Source: an uncultured virus (IMG/VR IMGVR_UViG_3300033121_000902) | Lineage: Duplodnaviria; Heunggongvirae; Uroviricota; Caudoviricetes | Length of the DNA stretch: 64,000 nt | Reading direction: 5' to 3' (one strand) | IMG/VR virus record: IMGVR_UViG_3300033121_000902 | Shown here: positions 61,101-64,000 of the stretch, one piece after another | Layout: every line of letters begins with the position of its first letter | Numbering within the stretch: the stretch's first letter is position 1 | The notes under the pieces: generated by a model | Databases searched by the model: none | Told to the model about the DNA's origin: nothing | Seen by the model: the letters and a program-made list of their open reading frames with translations, nothing else | Made by a program: the position numbers and the translations under genes

Positions 61101-64000
61101 TGATAATGTTGCTGTAAGAGCTAGAAATTATATTCCGTTTAACCAACCTCAAGCTGTTGAGTTTAGAAGTAAACTAGAACGTAGAATTATAGGAGATTTA
61201 TCTAAATTATCTAAAGAATTTTTTCCTCAACAATCTATTAATGAGAGTTATTCATCAGAAATTTTAGATAAAACATTAGGAACTCAAGGTTTAGGAAGAA
61301 TGTTTGAAGCTGTTTTGCAATTTGCTTTCGCAAAGCAAGCTCCTAGCAAAACTGGTGATATTTTTGATTTCGTTCCCCCTCATAGTGAAGGTTTATCTAG
61401 ATTTATTGGTAAAAATATTTATGCTGACGCTAAATACGCAGATACTTATTTCAGCAGAGCTTCTATATTGGGCAAAGCTGTCAATGCTATTAATGCTGGA
61501 CTTCCAGGCTTTGATTTTACATACCCTCTTTTAACACAAAAAGAAAAAACTAATGTTAGTAAGGTAGCATCATCTAGTTTAACCTTATCAAGAGGGGATG
61601 AGCAAAGTTCATTAGCTTCTGACGATTTTAATAAAAAAATAATTCCAACTCCAAAGAAATATGCTGGTGGTGGAGTAGCTTCATTATTAACTCCTGGAGA
61701 GTTCGTAGTGAATAAAGAAACTGCTAGTAGAGTTGGACCTACAGCTTTAAACTACATGAATAATAATGGTAGATTGCCACAGAAATTTGCTACTGGTGGA
61801 TTTGTAGTAAATAAAGCGTCTGTTTTTTCAGCATTTAAAAAAATACAAGATATTTCTGGAATAAATTTTAGAGATATAGGGGCTTTAAATGATATTAAAT
61901 TAAGTAGCAGTCCAGCAGTTTCAAATGCTCTTGGAGGGCAATTATCTTCTGAGTATAGAGGTATTTTTTATCCAGTCACAAAAAGAGTTGTTATAAATCC
62001 TAATACTGTTAATAGCGAAGAATCATTATTAGAGACATTAAGTCATGAATTAGGACACTCTATTGATGCTCAAAGAGCTTCTGTTTTAGGTACTAAATCT
62101 TATTACGCATCAAATATTAATGGTAATACTTATCGACGATACGCTGATAGATATCAAGAAAGATTGGAGAAACAATATCCTCAGTTATACGCTAAAATAA
62201 TTGCTCAACCTGAAAATTTAAGAAAATATACTTTCCTTCCAGAGGAAAATTTTGCTAATTTATTTGCTAGTTATATAGATGTAAATACCAGAGACAGAAC
62301 TGCTCCTATATTTGAAGATTTTGATAAAGATATTTTGTCAAAATTAAGAACTAAAAAATTTGCAGATGGCGGTTATGTAGAAAATGCCGTAAAATTACTT
62401 AATTCTAGACTTCGTATTAATAACAGCAGAAAAATTTTCAATGAAGTTAAAGTTCAAGATTTTTATCCTGATGATAGTCCATTAGATGGGGTTGCTTACG
62501 CTAATAGAAATATATATCTAAATAATAGGTTAAATCCAACTCAATTACATGAAACATTATTGCATGAAATAGGACATACAGCAGATTCATATTTTGCTGC
62601 AAATACTTATGGTATACCAGTTAATGAACTTAAACCTTCATATGCTACATCAATTAAAGGCAACTTATTTTCCGGGATAGTTAACAGAGAATATATAAAA
62701 CAAAGAAATTCTTTATTAGGTAATACTAATGAAAAGGCTAAAGAAACTTTAGGTAATCTATCTCAAAGTAGATATGAATATATGAAGTATCTTTTTAGAA
62801 AAGAAGAACTTTTCGCTGAAGCTTTCAAGAATTTTGCTTTAGGAGATGATACACATAAGAAAGCGTTTTTAAAAGCTTTTAAAGGTTTTAATAAAGGTGG
62901 TAAGTCTGAAGATACAGTTCCAGCTTTGCTAACTCCTGGCGAATTTGTTATTAACAAAGATTCAGCTAATCGTTTAGGTTCAAATAGTTTAAACTATATG
63001 AACGCTACTGGTAAAATTCCTGGCTATAATCGCGGTGGAGAAGTAAGAAGATATACTAGTGCCGGAAGAGTTAATATTGGTAGTAGTAGAACTGCTGATG
63101 ACTTTATTACTTCTGGGTACAATAGAAACTTATCAGTTTTGGATAATAGTGTTGCGTCTGCTATCAAATTGGACTCATTAACTAATTCTTTAATAGAAAT
63201 AACAAAAAAACATGTACTTTCTCTTAATGCTGGATTAACTGAACAACAAGCTTATAATGTTGGCGTCGAAAGAGTTAATGCTTTATTAAAGACTAATTTT
63301 CAATTAATAGCAAATAATAAAGGTGAGCTAGTTGGTTATACAAACAGAGGATTTGCAAATCAGCCAGTTTCTAAATATTCTAACGATTTAAGACAATCTC
63401 AACAGACAAATTTAAACCAACTTTTAGAAAAATTATCTAACGAAGCAGCTTTGAAACAAAATAAACCATCTTTTAGAGAAAGATTATCTGGTATTGCAGG
63501 TTTATTAGCTAGCACTGGTGTAACTTATGCAGCTTCAGGTTTAGAGAGTTTAGCTGGTACTGCTGAACAAGCTGCTTTATCTGGTTCTGGTACTGCTTAT
63601 AGTTTAGCTAAAGCTGGAAGTTCTGCTTTATCATCTGGAGCAACTATTGGTTTTGCTGGAGGTAACGTTTTTGGTCCTATTGGTGCTGCAATTGGTGGAA
63701 CTATTGGAGCTTTATCTGGATTTATTACGGCGTTAACCGATGCTAATAGAGAAATATTAAATGCTAAAATTGGTTTAAATATCAAAAAGTTGGGAGAACA
63801 ATTTGAAATATTAAATAAAGTTTCTTTAAGAGATATTTCTGTATCTAATATTAGCGTAGCATCAAGCGTAATTGGAGATTTATTAAAAGATTCTAGAAAA
63901 AGAAGTATAAGCGAAGCTACGACTTTAGGAGTTACAAATATACCTTCATTTATAAATGCCTCACAAAAAAATGATAGAGAAGTATTCCAAAATAGTTTGC
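58120..64000 (+). CDS. tape measure protein (TP901-like core) with embedded nuclease-like and metallopeptidase cargo domains; 3' end outside window
   Basis: ATG at 58120 after GAGG; frame open to the window end (>1950 aa); LKQAG, INSVANSFAVES.DL and TTRESAESIATGLRTIFTRL TMP-core motifs; glycine zipper near 63650. Confidence 0.9.
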   Translation, partial: MAGFNIVAQIQLQAPTNLSRIASQIRSSLQGINANINLNLSSGALNSINNLTSSINNLNASIRGLNTSTATLNTTFANFASNANRFNSAVSNTTSNLQAQAVAAVANAKAIKSASEAAEEFGKAAGLAGRRFLGFTLIAGSVAGTIVALKNAVTEAVAFEREFIKISQINNITAGELAALNNEITRLATSFGVSNKELVNTAVTLKQAGLSAKEITSAMEVLAKTTLAPSFENIRDTTEGVIAIMSQFKIEAKDVEIALGSINSVANSFAVESKDLISAVRRSGGAFKAVGGDLNEFISLFTSVRATTRESAESIATGLRTIFTRLQRSDTVSSLEQLGINLRYTREEAEALGQTNLEKQFVGAYEAVRRLSQGLAGLRSTDPRYSSVIEELGGYRQISKAIPLIQEFTLAQRALAVAQAGGTSITQAADKAQETFLVKLSKVKEEFLAFGRVVVSSQGFQSFLDTALKLGNAFVRIADALSPLIPLLTTLTAIKLTTNFASFFTGLSEGFSGRGPKRFATGGVVPGHGNSDTVPALLTPGEFVINKTAAQSIGYSNLNNISKFAAGGNVNFKVGKKNLSSDDVYFLYKLAAEKQNASKYLSPEINGVPNKTGINNQAYLKKLFGDGDYSTPAKVFSAFGFPGKGKNVQSLRQLRDDLERSSGFLQERNTLLAKGSSLVRGKTLYAPFGGDGIGYVTMPLGGGEKGKVGRDTLNAGIRVRELSIDNLGKKVNQNAKGLLEKAGIEKIVGAVNVYVMGSQPTAEFYNEILGEVSSNIQGIYTKKFGASRTSAFNKNQLSTISGYLFEKYIEGITGKPTAGETSDFEYTRSNLNSVLGPKFDQFVFPSPIKSNYIDLKSSYSRGNDSDIIKKYINSTSRTGKLLEALGQAPAKFATGGIVPGSGHGDTVPAMLTPGEFVIKKASAQAIGYDNLANINRYASGGTVQIRPPGGEIGVLTTESNAVKNSYDIVMPKSGFSQQNISKFNFKTGNYKVPNDNVAVRARNYIPFNQPQAVEFRSKLERRIIGDLSKLSKEFFPQQSINESYSSEILDKTLGTQGLGRMFEAVLQFAFAKQAPSKTGDIFDFVPPHSEGLSRFIGKNIYADAKYADTYFSRASILGKAVNAINAGLPGFDFTYPLLTQKEKTNVSKVASSSLTLSRGDEQSSLASDDFNKKIIPTPKKYAGGGVASLLTPGEFVVNKETASRVGPTALNYMNNNGRLPQKFATGGFVVNKASVFSAFKKIQDISGINFRDIGALNDIKLSSSPAVSNALGGQLSSEYRGIFYPVTKRVVINPNTVNSEESLLETLSHELGHSIDAQRASVLGTKSYYASNINGNTYRRYADRYQERLEKQYPQLYAKIIAQPENLRKYTFLPEENFANLFASYIDVNTRDRTAPIFEDFDKDILSKLRTKKFADGGYVENAVKLLNSRLRINNSRKIFNEVKVQDFYPDDSPLDGVAYANRNIYLNNRLNPTQLHETLLHEIGHTADSYFAANTYGIPVNELKPSYATSIKGNLFSGIVNREYIKQRNSLLGNTNEKAKETLGNLSQSRYEYMKYLFRKEELFAEAFKNFALGDDTHKKAFLKAFKGFNKGGKSEDTVPALLTPGEFVINKDSANRLGSNSLNYMNATGKIPGYNRGGEVRRYTSAGRVNIGSSRTADDFITSGYNRNLSVLDNSVASAIKLDSLTNSLIEITKKHVLSLNAGLTEQQAYNVGVERVNALLKTNFQLIANNKGELVGYTNRGFANQPVSKYSNDLRQSQQTNLNQLLEKLSNEAALKQNKPSFRERLSGIAGLLASTGVTYAASGLESLAGTAEQAALSGSGTAYSLAKAGSSALSSGATIGFAGGNVFGPIGAAIGGTIGALSGFITALTDANREILNAKIGLNIKKLGEQFEILNKVSLRDISVSNISVASSVIGDLLKDSRKRSISEATTLGVTNIPSFINASQKNDREVFQNSL

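Noticed and set aside
35264..64000. Stop-codon reassignment
   Set aside because: Genes are full length in the standard code, and no suppressor tRNA was found.

Overview
The window is a 64-kb piece of a large, AT-rich tailed dsDNA phage, with no cellular core genes. The host is inferred to be a Planctomycete from host-like protein motifs. Bases 1-~34.9 kb form a minus-strand early/accessory arm of many short ORFs: vWA protein, T4 Rnl1-type RNA ligase, RNase H, AAA ATPase, HNH nucleases, GNAT, GP88-like, SprT, DUF932, a deaminase, a bL12-CTD-like protein and WYL-like proteins. This arm also carries seven tRNAs and many sigma70-type promoters. From ~35.2 kb the plus strand carries a sigma-factor-like gene, gmd, fibre genes, an intein-containing terminase, portal, protease/scaffold, capsid, neck and tail genes, and a tape-measure gene open to the window end. 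Four signals stand out. (1) A ~263-nt structured RNA just 3' of tRNA-Arg reproduces the 23S rRNA H43/H44 (uL11-binding, GTPase-associated centre) sequence with a ~190-nt insertion. (2) The tape-measure protein carries four enzyme-like cargo domains (two PD-(D/E)xK-like, two HExxH zincins) between repeated [FY]xxGG/TPGEFV linkers. (3) About 20 promoter-gene cassettes are joined by a GC-rich repeat into which stop codons are fused and whose best copies match the sigma54 -24/-12 consensus on the antisense strand. (4) One cassette slot holds an apparently non-coding structured RNA. Family assignments come from motif recognition by eye, not database searches.
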